NCBI GenBank assembly: GCA_963774665.1
Contig: CAVZGB010000015.1
Span: 68,823-132,822 of the forward strand
Source: an uncultured delta proteobacterium
GTDB lineage: Bacteria > Desulfobacterota > Binatia > Binatales > Binataceae
DNA length: 64,000 nt
Direction: 5' to 3'
Part shown: one piece after another, positions 8,525-17,356 of the stretch
Layout: each line of letters starts with the position of its first letter
Numbering within the stretch: position 1 is the stretch's first letter
Notes under the pieces: generated by a model
Database searches by the model: none
The model's input: only the letters and a program-made list of their open reading frames with translations
Told to the model about the DNA's origin: nothing
Position numbers and translations under genes: made by a program

Positions 8525-9841
8525 TCATGCCTCAATCAAAAAGCTGCTGATCGCTCTTGACCAGTCTCTCTGCGAACTGAGATTTCGAGAAAGATCCGCT
8601 CGCTCAATCCAACTGGTTTTGACGTATCGATCAGGCCGTTCTCGAATTGTCTTGTTTTCGAAAGCTGCGACATTGGCCGGACCGGAGAATGACACCTGGA
8701 ATACTACGCCAACATGGCGAGCCGCCCGTTTATCTTCCGAGCTATGGACAATCCCAATTGGATGTAGATGGGGCAAATCTTCCAACGAGAGTTCTTCATG
8801 TAGTTCTCTTCGGAGACCTGTCAGGACGCTCTCCCACTTCGACTTGGCTTGATCCCTATCTTGCTTTCTTACGTGTCCCCCGGCCCAATTTCCGAAGGCT
8901 TCGTGAAGCGACTCGCCTGGTTCGAACCGAACGTTCGTCAGAAAGCGATTGCCATTTCGAATGATACAGACGGGGACGACCTGCAGGAGATCGTCCGAAG
9001 TCTCCGCAATCGATCTGGCCACGTACGTGCCTTTGCTATTTACCAGCTTTGAGAGCGTTTTCCACTTCGGCGTAATCATCTTCTTATCAGAAAGCTTGAT
9101 CTGTCCTTCGAGAGATTTACGCGGAATACAGAGAACCTCCTCGTCTGCGAATTTGCCAAAGCACCTCAGAAGGGTCTTTGCGATATCTGTGATCGTTTTC
9201 ATTTCCGGACCTCGACTGTTCTCGATAACTGTAATCGATTTGAAATCTGCTTTATATCTACGGGCCGCCTCCAAGTAGTGCCGGCGCAACTGGGTTAAAG
9301 TACCAATGTTCATTATGGCTCCATGGCGGAGCGTGATTTGCCTAGCGTACTCTCTGTCGATGGAGGTTTTTGCGTCGCAATGCATGACGAAAACCATATC
9401 GATCAGCCCGCGCCACCGTGGCGTCAATACAAAGCTGCGAAACCCTTCCGCTTCAGCTTTGGATACTCGGTGCGTTTTTTCCTGCCAGTCGATCCAAACT
9501 AGCCCGTCGAAAAGCCCTCTATCCAAGATAAGAACATCGAGTTTTTCGTCTTCGAGAGCTTCAATTATTCCGTTGAGCGTAGCGCATGTCACCCACGTGT
9601 TGAAGAAAGCGGTGCCCTTGTCCAATAACGGAGCAACCGAAGCGCGCTCCTGGAAAGTGCGGACCATAACGCCATTCCTTTTGAAGAACTGGTGTATTGC
9701 ACCAATCGTGGTCGTCTTTCCAGACTTCGGAGTGCCAGCAAACTCGATAATAAAAGGTCGGCGCTTGTCGGACAATCTTGGACGAATTAGGGAGATCTGT
9801 TTTTCGAGACGCGCGCGAACCTGCTGCATCGATCCATCCAT
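8525..9841 (-). CDS. fusion protein: N-terminal P-loop nucleotide/nucleoside-kinase-like domain (Walker A AGTPKSGKTT; hhhhDRG Walker B/DRx) plus C-terminal Nudix-like hydrolase domain (divergent Nudix box ...GGHV...E-x7-RELHEELSL)
   Basis: The track ORF is 8525..10150, but its first 103 codons are antisense to the high-GC HigA-like gene. Met104/Met108 (MDGSMQQ) at 9841 is preceded by ggggATGG and marks the drop to about 50% GC, so it is the more likely start. The DRG motif after a hydrophobic strand resembles dNK/TMPK-type kinases. The REUxEE core of the Nudix box is present, with a long insertion between GG and the Glu. Confidence 0.6.
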   Translation of the reverse strand: MDGSMQQVRARLEKQISLIRPRLSDKRRPFIIEFAGTPKSGKTTTIGAIHQFFKRNGVMVRTFQERASVAPLLDKGTAFFNTWVTCATLNGIIEALEDEKLDVLILDRGLFDGLVWIDWQEKTHRVSKAEAEGFRSFVLTPRWRGLIDMVFVMHCDAKTSIDREYARQITLRHGAIMNIGTLTQLRRHYLEAARRYKADFKSITVIENSRGPEMKTITDIAKTLLRCFGKFADEEVLCIPRKSLEGQIKLSDKKMITPKWKTLSKLVNSKGTYVARSIAETSDDLLQVVPVCIIRNGNRFLTNVRFEPGESLHEAFGNWAGGHVRKQDRDQAKSKWESVLTGLRRELHEELSLEDLPHLHPIGIVHSSEDKRAARHVGVVFQVSFSGPANVAAFENKTIRERPDRYVKTSWIERADLSRNLSSQRDWSRAISSFLIEA

Positions 9842-9963
9842 CCCCAATACCCCTATGTTTGCCGCCCTGTGGCGGCGCGACACCGGCGCATCAGGAAGCG
9901 GTCCGTTCCAATCTTCGACAAACGATAAGCGGCATAATAGTTTGGAAGAAGAGGCAAGCAAAG

Positions 9964-10327
9964 ATGGTTCGCTGAAACAAAATACCGCCTGCTTCACCCC
10001 GGGGTGGTCCTCTACGAGGACTTCATCGTGCCGACCGGCATCAGCATCCACCGACTTGCGATGGATCTGCGTGTGCCGGCCAATCGCATCGCGGAAATCG
10101 TGAAGGGCGAGCGCGCCATCTCGGCTGACACCGCACTTCGCCTCGCTCATTATCTCGGTACGTCTGCGGAATTCTGGCTTGGCTTGCAGAGCGATTGCGA
10201 TCTCGAAAAAGCCAGGGACGAGCTGGCGCCAAAAATTGAGTGCGAGGTTCAGCCACCAAACGTGCGGCGTAGTTCGCGTTCATCCGGCTCTTTTCAGCGA
10301 GCGGCAAGTACGCTATCCAAGGTATAA
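9964..10327 (+). CDS. higA: HigA-family (VapI-type) XRE antitoxin-like HTH protein, orphan, with an apparent frameshift right after the ATG
   Basis: The LLHPGVVLYEDF...GERAISADTALRLAHYLGTSAEFWLGLQSDCDL region matches the HigA antitoxin family (HPGEIL, HTH, FWLNLQ). The in-frame region upstream has no ATG. An SD (gaagagg) plus ATG at 9964 is in the -1 frame, and one extra G after the ATG would give MFAETKYRLLHPG. The track ORF starts at a GTG at 10004. Confidence 0.7.
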
Positions 10328-10368
10328 AGGCGGGTATAATCTTAGCCCGATCTGGAGGTTTTCCAACC

Positions 10369-11238
10369 TTGCACGCTATCAATTACGAAGCTCCAAGCAC
10401 GCTCGACCAGGCCGTCAGTATCCTCAAAACCCACGGCGAGAATGCGCGCCCGCTCTGCGGTGGCACCGATATCCTCATCCAGCTCCGCGCCGGAGTCCGC
10501 CGCACCGAGCACCTGGTTGACGTAAAGAAAATCAAAGAGCTGCAGACTCTCTCCTTCGATGCGAAGAAGGGGTTACGTCTCGGCGCCGCCGTCCCCTGCA
10601 TCGATATCAGCGAGAGCGACGTGATGCGCCGACACTACCCCGGCCTGACCGAGGCGGCTCATCTCATCGGCTCGCTGCAAATTCAGAATCGCGCCTCGGT
10701 CGGCGGCAATCTGTGCAACGGATCGCCGGCCGCGGACACGACGCCTGCCCTTATTGCCCTCGGTGCGCGCGCCCGAATCGTCGGCCCGAGCGGCGAGCGC
10801 GAAGTTCCCGTCGAGTCGTTCGTCGTATCTCCCGGACGCACTGTGCTCAAGCCCGGCGAGCTGCTGGTCGAATTGCTGATTCCCGCGCCCGCGCCGCATT
10901 CGAGCGACGCGTATCTGCGCTTCATCCCGCGCAACGAGATGGATATCGCGGTCGTCGGCGTCGGCGCGTCGGTCACTCTCGACGGCGACAAGGTGAAGGC
11001 GGCGCGCATCGGTCTTGGCGCAGTTGCGGCGACTCCGTTGCTCGCGACCAAAGCCGCCGACGCGCTCGTCGGCAAGAAATTCGACGACGCCTCACTCGAG
11101 GCCGCCGGACGCGCGGCGAGCGAGACCTGCAAACCAATCGACGACATGCGCGGGACAGCGGAATTTCGGCTGCACATCGCCGGCGTGCTCACCCGCCGCG
11201 CGCTGACAATCGCCGCCGAACGCGCGAAAAAGGCCTGA
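10369..11238 (+). CDS. molybdenum hydroxylase FAD-binding subunit (CoxM/CutM-like, xanthine dehydrogenase family medium subunit)
   Basis: 289 aa with LCGGTDILIQL, a FAD-binding fold and a CO-dehydrogenase flavoprotein C-terminal domain. TTG start with ggagg upstream. Confidence 0.85.
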   Translation: MHAINYEAPSTLDQAVSILKTHGENARPLCGGTDILIQLRAGVRRTEHLVDVKKIKELQTLSFDAKKGLRLGAAVPCIDISESDVMRRHYPGLTEAAHLIGSLQIQNRASVGGNLCNGSPAADTTPALIALGARARIVGPSGEREVPVESFVVSPGRTVLKPGELLVELLIPAPAPHSSDAYLRFIPRNEMDIAVVGVGASVTLDGDKVKAARIGLGAVAATPLLATKAADALVGKKFDDASLEAAGRAASETCKPIDDMRGTAEFRLHIAGVLTRRALTIAAERAKKA

Positions 11239-11270
11239 ATCACAGCAATCAAAAAATACGGCATATAGTT

Positions 11271-11771
11271 ATGAAAAAAACCCTGGTAGAAGCGACGATC
11301 AACGGCGAAAACGTCGAGTTCCTGTGCGAACCGCGACAAAGTCTGCTCGAAACCCTGCGCGACGTGCTCGAGCTGACCGGCTCTAAAGAGGGATGCCTGA
11401 CCGGCGATTGCGGCGCATGCACCGTTATAGTCGATGGCCGCGCGGTCGACTCGTGCCTGATGCTCGGCGTCGAGGCGCAAGGCAAGAACATCTCGACCGT
11501 CGAGGGACTCGCCACGCAGGGCGTACTTAGCGTCTTGCAAAACAAATTTCTCGAGCACGCCAGCCTGCAATGCGGCATCTGCACTCCGGGCTTTTTGATT
11601 TCGGCGAAATCACTGCTCGATCGCAATCCGAAACCGACCGAGCCCGAAGTTCGCTACGCGCTGGCCGGGAATCTTTGCCGATGCACCGGTTACGACAAAA
11701 TTGTAAAAGCAGTGCTCGACGCTGCTGCGGATATTCGCTCTCAGGGCGAAGGCAAAGTCGCCGCACGTTAG
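11271..11771 (+). CDS. (2Fe-2S)-binding small subunit of a molybdenum hydroxylase (CoxS/CutS-like)
   Basis: MKKTLVEATINGENVEF...C-x4-C-x2-C and QCGICTPGF...CRCTGY are the two [2Fe-2S] motifs. The long track ORF 10713..11771 is a spurious upstream extension. Confidence 0.9.
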   Translation: MKKTLVEATINGENVEFLCEPRQSLLETLRDVLELTGSKEGCLTGDCGACTVIVDGRAVDSCLMLGVEAQGKNISTVEGLATQGVLSVLQNKFLEHASLQCGICTPGFLISAKSLLDRNPKPTEPEVRYALAGNLCRCTGYDKIVKAVLDAAADIRSQGEGKVAAR

Positions 11772-11811
11772 AGCGTAGCAACGACGTGAGATTCGAGAGG
11801 TAAAAAAAGCC

Positions 11812-14101
11812 ATGGCGGCATCAACCACGACAGACAATTTCAAAGTTATCGGCACGCGTCCGATTCGGCACGACGGCGTTGATAAGGTCACCGGCCGCGC
11901 CAAGTACGGCGCTGACTACGCGTTCCCCGGAATGTTGCACGGCAAAGTGCTGCGCAGCCCGCACGCTCACGCGAATATCAAATCGATCAATATCGACAAG
12001 GCGCTTAAGCTCCCCGGCGTCAAGGCTATCGTCACCGGAAAGGATCTGCCGAAGGCCGAGAACAAGCTCGAGCAGGCCGGCGAAATGGTCATCAATCCGA
12101 TGTACCTGTCGATGAACATCCTCGCGCACGACAAGGTCCTGTATGACGGCCATGCGATCGCCGCCGTCGCCGCGACCAGCCCGCATATCGCCGAGGAAGC
12201 TTTGCGGCTGATCGAAGTCGAATACGAAGTGTTGCCGCCTGTCATGACTGTCGATGTCGCGACCAAGCCTGGCGCGCCGATTCTGCTGAAGGACCTGCGC
12301 AACAAGGAAGAGGGCGACAAGCCGACCAACGTCGCGCAGCACTACCAGTTCAAACGCGGCGACGTCGAAGCAGGATTCAAGGGCGCCGACTACGTGATCG
12401 AGCGCGAGTTCAATACCGCGATGGTCCACCAGGGATACATCGAGCCGCACAATGCCGTCGGCATCTACAACTCCGATGGACAGGCGACGATTTACTGCTC
12501 GACGCAGGGCGCCTTCGACGTGCGCTCGCTGAGCGCGCAGGTACTCGGGATGCCGGTCGGCCATATCAAAGTCGTGCCGGCTGAGATCGGCGGCGGCTTC
12601 GGCGGCAAGACTACCATCTATCTCGAGCCGCTCTCCGTCCTGCTGTCGAAGAAGACCGGCGCCCCGGTCAAGCTGGTGATGTCGCGCTCGGAAGTTCTCC
12701 GTGCGAGCGGCCCGACCTCGGGCTCCAAGATCAAAGTGAAGATGGGCGCGAGCAAGGACGGCAAACTCGTCGCCGCCGAAATCTGGATGGCCTACGAGGC
12801 TGGCGCGTTCCCCGGATCGCCGGTAGGCGCGGGCGCGATGTGCATCATCGCTCCTTACACCATCGAGAATTTCGTAATCGACGCGTACGACGTTGTCGTC
12901 AATCGCCCCAAGACCGCGGCCTATCGCGCGCCGGGCGCAACCAACGCCGCGTTCGCCTCCGAGACGATCATCGACGAGCTCGCCGAAAAGTGCGGAATCG
13001 ATCCGATCGATTTCCGCCTCAAGAACGCGGTCAAAGAGGGCGATGCGCAGGTTGTCGGTCCTCCGTTCAAGCGCATCGGATTGATCCAGACGCTCGAAGG
13101 GAATCAAGAACAGCCCGCACTACAAGTCCAAAGTGACCGGCAAGTTCCGTGGACGCGGCGTCGCATCGGGCTTCTGGTTCAACGCCGGGATGCAATCGTC
13201 GGCCACGGTGAATATCCATGCCGACGGAACCGCCAGCGTCGTGACCGGCTCGCCGGATATCGGCGGCTCGCGCGCTTCGATGGCGATGATCACCGCCGAA
13301 GTTCTCGGACTTCCGGTGACGGACGTCCGCCCGATCACCGCCGACACCGATTCGATCGGGCATACCGACGTCACTGGCGGCAGCCGCGTGACCTTCGCAA
13401 CCGGCATGGCGGTGTACGAGGCAGCCAAGGACGCCGAGCGCCAGCTGATCGAGCGCGCCGCCAAGGTCTGGGAGAAAAAGCCCGACGAGGTGGAATTCCG
13501 CGACGGCATGCTTCACGCGAAAGGCAACGGCGTGCCGCCGATGTCGCTCAAGCAGCTCGCGCCCCGCTTTGCGCGCACGGGCGGTCCGATCACCGGTCGT
13601 GCGAGCGTGAACGCCCGCGGCGTAGGTCCCGGGTTCGCGACGACGCTCGTCGACGTCGAGGTCGATCCCGATACCGGCAAAGTACAAATCCTGCGATGCA
13701 CCGTCGCGCAAGATGCGGGCAAGGCGATTCATCCGAGCTACGTCGAAGGACAGATGCAGGGCGGCACCGCGCAGGGACTCGGATGGGCGCTCAACGAGGA
13801 ATACTTTTACGACGACAAGGGCACGCTGCGTAACTCCGGATTTCTCGACTACCGTATGCCCACCTGCCTCGACCTGCCGATGATCGAAACCGTCGTGGTC
13901 GAGGAAGCAAACCCCGGTCATCCGCTGGGCGTGCGCGGCGTCGGCGAGGTATCGATCGTGCCGCCGGTCGCAGCGGTAGCCAACGCTATCTATCGTGCGG
14001 TCGGCGTCAGGATGACGGAGACCCCGATGTCGCCGCCGAAGCTGCTGAAAGCGATGCTGAAGCATCGTGACTCGACAAAACATTCCGCTGCGGCGGATTG
14101 A
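11812..14101 (+). CDS. molybdopterin-binding large subunit of a xanthine dehydrogenase/CO-dehydrogenase-family enzyme (form II-like AYRAPG motif, not bona fide CO dehydrogenase), with an apparent frameshift near 13095-13110
   Basis: N-terminal 430 aa in frame 1 (track ORF 11812..) and C-terminal 322 aa in frame 2 (13133..14101). Both are CoxL/XdhA-like. Frame 2 already reads ...NSPHYKSKVTGKFRGRGVASGFWFN upstream of 13133, so one indel near gaagggaatcaag explains the split. Confidence 0.8.
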
Positions 14102-14155
14102 TCAGGAGTGATTGATTTGGGGGCGGGCTAATGCTCGCCCCCATTCATTTTTGCA

Positions 14156-14425
14156 ATGCCGACGGTCGTCGTCCCTGCTCTGCTACGCAAGTTCACTGGT
14201 GGCATCGAGCGCGTTGACGTCCCGGGAAAATCGATTCGCGAGCTGGTTCGGAATCTTGGCGAGCAGTTTCCGGGACTTGACCAGCAGTTACTCCAGGACG
14301 GCGACATCCGTCCGTCGATCGCAGTTTCCATCGACGGCGAGATCGCGACCGGCGGCGTACTCGACGCCGTCAGCGAAAACAGCGAGGTACATTTCATTCC
14401 CGCGCTTGGCGGCGGCGAGGGCTGA
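14156..14425 (+). CDS. MoaD/ThiS-family ubiquitin-like sulfur-carrier protein
   Basis: 89 aa with a beta-grasp-like composition, ending ...ALGGGEG. It immediately follows the Mo-hydroxylase operon. Confidence 0.55.
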   Translation: MPTVVVPALLRKFTGGIERVDVPGKSIRELVRNLGEQFPGLDQQLLQDGDIRPSIAVSIDGEIATGGVLDAVSENSEVHFIPALGGGEG

Positions 14426-14499
14426 CCGCTCAGAAAATTGCATTCAAAAAAGGCGAAATTCGTTCCGGATGTGACAAATAGTTCTGAGCCTGACCGATC

Positions 14500-14527
14500 T
14501 TGCAACTCACCGGCAGTTTAGTACAAT
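14500..14527 (+). promoter_or_regulatory. near-consensus sigma70-like promoter (TTGCAA, 16-nt spacer, TACAAT) with no downstream CDS on this strand
   Basis: Direct reading. It is followed by a GC-rich region that can be folded and a ccggggtttgcccccctttt hairpin plus T-tract. Confidence 0.3.
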
Positions 14528-14807
14528 GCGGGTTGCTGGCCGGGGTTTGCCCCCCTTTTCCCGGTTGGCTACGGGCCGGGTAGAGCAATCTGCCTGGCCC
14601 TTATCATTCATTAAAAAACATTAAGAAACGAATCGCTGACCGACTCGCGCGAGCCAGTCATACTTGATGCAGAGTGTCAGATGGCTGGTCAGATCATTTG
14701 ATCTGACCTGACGGATAGAACCTCCGCGGCGTAGCACCCATCAGTAGTGCTAATTCATCGCGGCGGGGAACGTGCTTCGTACTCAGGTTGAAACGGGCGC
14801 GCGCCGA

Positions 14808-15207
14808 CTAGCTCATGAAGACTTCGCGCACGTGGTTCACGTCGTTGTACTCGCGGACCTGCGCGATCTTGTCGCCCTTGAACAGGAAGTAGAAATGATA
14901 GCGGTTGGCGTATTTCTTCCCGTTACCGGCGGTCGTATCCGATTCGGCCTGGATCGCGACATGGGGACCCTCGGCGATGGTCGAATGAAACTTCATGTTC
15001 AGCCCGTTGGGGAACATCGCCTTTAGCAGTCTTTGGCGTCGTTCTTCAGTACGCATCTTTGCCGCGCATCGGCGCGACGCCAGGCAGCCGGCCCATCATC
15101 TCGAACTCGAAATCGTCGGTGATCAAATCTTCGAAAACCTTCGGGTCGGGCTTCTCGAAATTCTTGAGAAAAGTGAGCGCGCGTTCCTTCTGTTGTTCCA
15201 GGTTCAT
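14808..15207 (-). CDS. NTF2-like/SnoaL-like small protein (ketosteroid-isomerase fold), with an apparent frameshift near 15050
   Basis: N-terminal part MNLEQQKERALTFLKNFE...GRLPGVAPMRGKDAY (frame of 15046..15246) and C-terminal part ...KAMFPNGLNMKFHS...YANRYHFYFLFKGDKIAQVREYNDV (14808..15056) read as one protein only across a 1-nt shift. SD ggaga lies upstream of ATG 15207. Confidence 0.55.
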
Positions 15208-15282
15208 TTCCAGATCTCCAATGACGAGCCGGCGGCCGCGCGCCACAACGCACGCACCGCCGGGAATGACGCGAATCTTCGG

Positions 15283-15744
15283 TTACTGCTTGCGACGGAT
15301 CACGAGGACCGAACACGGCGCGTTGCGCACAATTTTCTCGGTCGTTCCACCGAGCAGTGCATGCTCGATACCGCTGCGTCCGTGCGTCGCCATCACGATC
15401 AGATCGATGCCCTGTTCCTTGGCGTAGTCGACCAGTTTCTGAACCGGATGACCGATCACCGCGAAAGTGAATACTTTATTCGAATCGCCGAACTCGTCCT
15501 TCTTGAGGTGCGCGAGTTCCTCTTCCGCCTGCTCGAGCATCGCGGCTTCGCGTGCGAGCTCGCGGCTCTGTTCGGCGCTGGTCGCCAACGGCAGCGGGAT
15601 GAAAGTGTGATGCGGCGCGATTACGTGCACCAGGTGGACTTCGGCGCCGACGTCCTTCGCCAGCTCCATCGCCGAGCGCATCGCTTCCATCGAGTGCGGT
15701 GAAAAGTCGATTGGCGCAAGAATTTTCTTCACGTTCTGAATCAT
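15283..15744 (-). CDS. universal stress protein (UspA family)
   Basis: 153 aa with ILAPIDFSPHS ... GRSG...G(S/T) ATP-binding motif and VLVI at the C-terminus. Confidence 0.85.
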   Translation of the reverse strand: MIQNVKKILAPIDFSPHSMEAMRSAMELAKDVGAEVHLVHVIAPHHTFIPLPLATSAEQSRELAREAAMLEQAEEELAHLKKDEFGDSNKVFTFAVIGHPVQKLVDYAKEQGIDLIVMATHGRSGIEHALLGGTTEKIVRNAPCSVLVIRRKQ

Positions 15745-15901
15745 AGCGACCTCCGGGTCAGAAACTCTGCAATTACCACGCCCCTCGCCGCCTCTGCAAA
15801 CCGCCCCAAGTTAGAATGTAGCGTTCCGCGCCACAGATCGCGACCTTTGTCGACGCTGGGCGTCGCTCAGTTGATGCCGCCTCTTGCTTGAGCCTGGTAT
15901 C

Positions 15902-16570
15902 TCAATAGTAGGCGATGCCGATGACTTGCTTGATCGTTTCGGGTTGCTTGAGCACTCGCAGCATAAGATCGGCGACATCGGCGCGTGAAATGAAAACGCC
16001 ACCCCGCAGATTCTGCCCGTATGCCGTCCGGTAGCTTCCGCTGCGTGGCTTGTCAGTCAGCCGTGGTGGTCGCACGATGGTCCAGTCAAGGCCGCTGTCA
16101 CGAACGACGTCCTCCATCAGAGCGAGATCGGCATAGAGCTTCTTGAGCGCGGCCTTTATAAGCGGACTGAACAGGTTCCGCATGAAGAAGCCGTCGCCCG
16201 GATCGCTCTTGGGCGGTGTTGGACGGCCGGGCGAAGGCACCGTCCCTAAAGGCGCCGCGCTGACCACGACGATTCGCCGCACCCCCGTCGCTTTCATCGC
16301 TTTGACTATGGACCGGGTGCCGTCCGCAGCGATTCCCGCGTCGGACTTTAATCGTTGACCAAGGCCGGAGAGTACGGCGTCGGCTCCCGCCACCGAGGAC
16401 TCGAGCACCGCCGGATCCGGAGCTGCCAGGTCGGCCGCGACAATGCGTACCTCGCGGGACAGCTTGTTCGGGTTTCGGACGACTGCGGTGACGTCATGAC
16501 CGGCGGCGACGGCCTGCTCGAGCGCCTGCCGGCCGATGCCCCCGGTCGCTGCGAATATCGTCAGTTTCAT
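15902..16570 (-). CDS. NAD(P)H-binding oxidoreductase (NmrA/BVR-B-like atypical SDR)
   Basis: MKLTIFAATGGIGRQ Rossmann motif. Start chosen at Met20 (ggagctgggcATG). 222 aa. Confidence 0.8.
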   Translation of the reverse strand: MKLTIFAATGGIGRQALEQAVAAGHDVTAVVRNPNKLSREVRIVAADLAAPDPAVLESSVAGADAVLSGLGQRLKSDAGIAADGTRSIVKAMKATGVRRIVVVSAAPLGTVPSPGRPTPPKSDPGDGFFMRNLFSPLIKAALKKLYADLALMEDVVRDSGLDWTIVRPPRLTDKPRSGSYRTAYGQNLRGGVFISRADVADLMLRVLKQPETIKQVIGIAYY

Positions 16571-16632
16571 GCCCAGCTCCTTGATCAGATATGTTGTCTT
16601 CAGCATACGAGAATATATCGAAACCATATTAT

Positions 16633-17148
16633 ATGGAAATCAAATCATCTGTAAAATCATCTGCGAAATCATCTGATCGTCCGGAGACGGCGCGGCGTCG
16701 AAAACAATTGAACTTCGCCATCCGGCAATCGCTGCGCGAGCTGAGCATCCAACTGTCCGTGCTCAATCATCACGTGGGCGCCCACCTCGACCTCAAGGAC
16801 GTCGACCTCGCTTGCCTCGATCTCGTCGCTCGTCACGGTCCGCTAAGCCCGACCGCCCTTGCACGACGCGCCGGCCTGCACCCCGCCACCATGACCGGCA
16901 TCCTGGACCGACTGGAACGGGGAGGATGGGTGGGGCGCGGCCGCGATCCGTCCGACCGTCGCGCAGTTGTTGTTCGGGTTCTACGGCCCCGGATCGCGGA
17001 GCTGATGCGTCTTTACTCGGGAATGAATACCTCGATGGACGAGATCTGCGCTGGATATGGGGAAACCGAACTCGAACTGCTCGCCGACTTCCTCCACCGC
17101 ACCGCAAACGCCGGCCGCAGCGCGACCGACAAGTTGGTCGCCGAATAA
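16633..17148 (+). CDS. MarR-family transcriptional regulator
   Basis: Winged-HTH region LSPTALARRAGLHPATMTGILDRLERGGWVGRGRDPSDRRAV. Start at ATG 16633, downstream of the track start that overlaps the divergent gene. Confidence 0.8.
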   Translation: MEIKSSVKSSAKSSDRPETARRRKQLNFAIRQSLRELSIQLSVLNHHVGAHLDLKDVDLACLDLVARHGPLSPTALARRAGLHPATMTGILDRLERGGWVGRGRDPSDRRAVVVRVLRPRIAELMRLYSGMNTSMDEICAGYGETELELLADFLHRTANAGRSATDKLVAE

Positions 17149-17257
17149 AATGATTGGCGTGGGCCGCCTCTGCAAACCGGCCCTCATGTATGCCATCATC
17201 CCGCCAGAAACGCGGCGTCTGTCGACAAGGACGTTAAGGAAGGAGACTTCCCAGAAT

Positions 17258-17295
17258 CCGGTTCCCCTTCCCGCTCGGGAAGGGGTTAGGGTTCG
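17258..17295. repeat. REP-like extragenic palindrome (family copy 3): ccccttccc-gctc-gggaagggg-ttagggtt
   Basis: Direct reading; intergenic between marR and adh. Confidence 0.55.
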
Positions 17296-17356
17296 TTCGC
17301 ATCGAGCGCAAATTCGGTTACACCCAGCTGCGCAGACGATAGGAACGGTGAACAAA

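Noticed and set aside
9842-10150. First 103 codons of the kinase-Nudix track ORF
   Set aside because: They are the antisense of the high-GC higA gene and lie outside the low-GC islet. The internal Met with a G-rich SD at 9841 is the more credible start.
10713-11271. Upstream 186-codon extension of the 2Fe-2S subunit ORF
   Set aside because: Overlaps the 3' half of the FAD-subunit gene in another frame and is Arg-rich. The real start is the ATG at 11271 with its own spacing.
11821-13107. 428-aa minus-strand ORF
   Set aside because: Antisense to the Mo-hydroxylase large subunit. No motif. Arg/Asp-rich.
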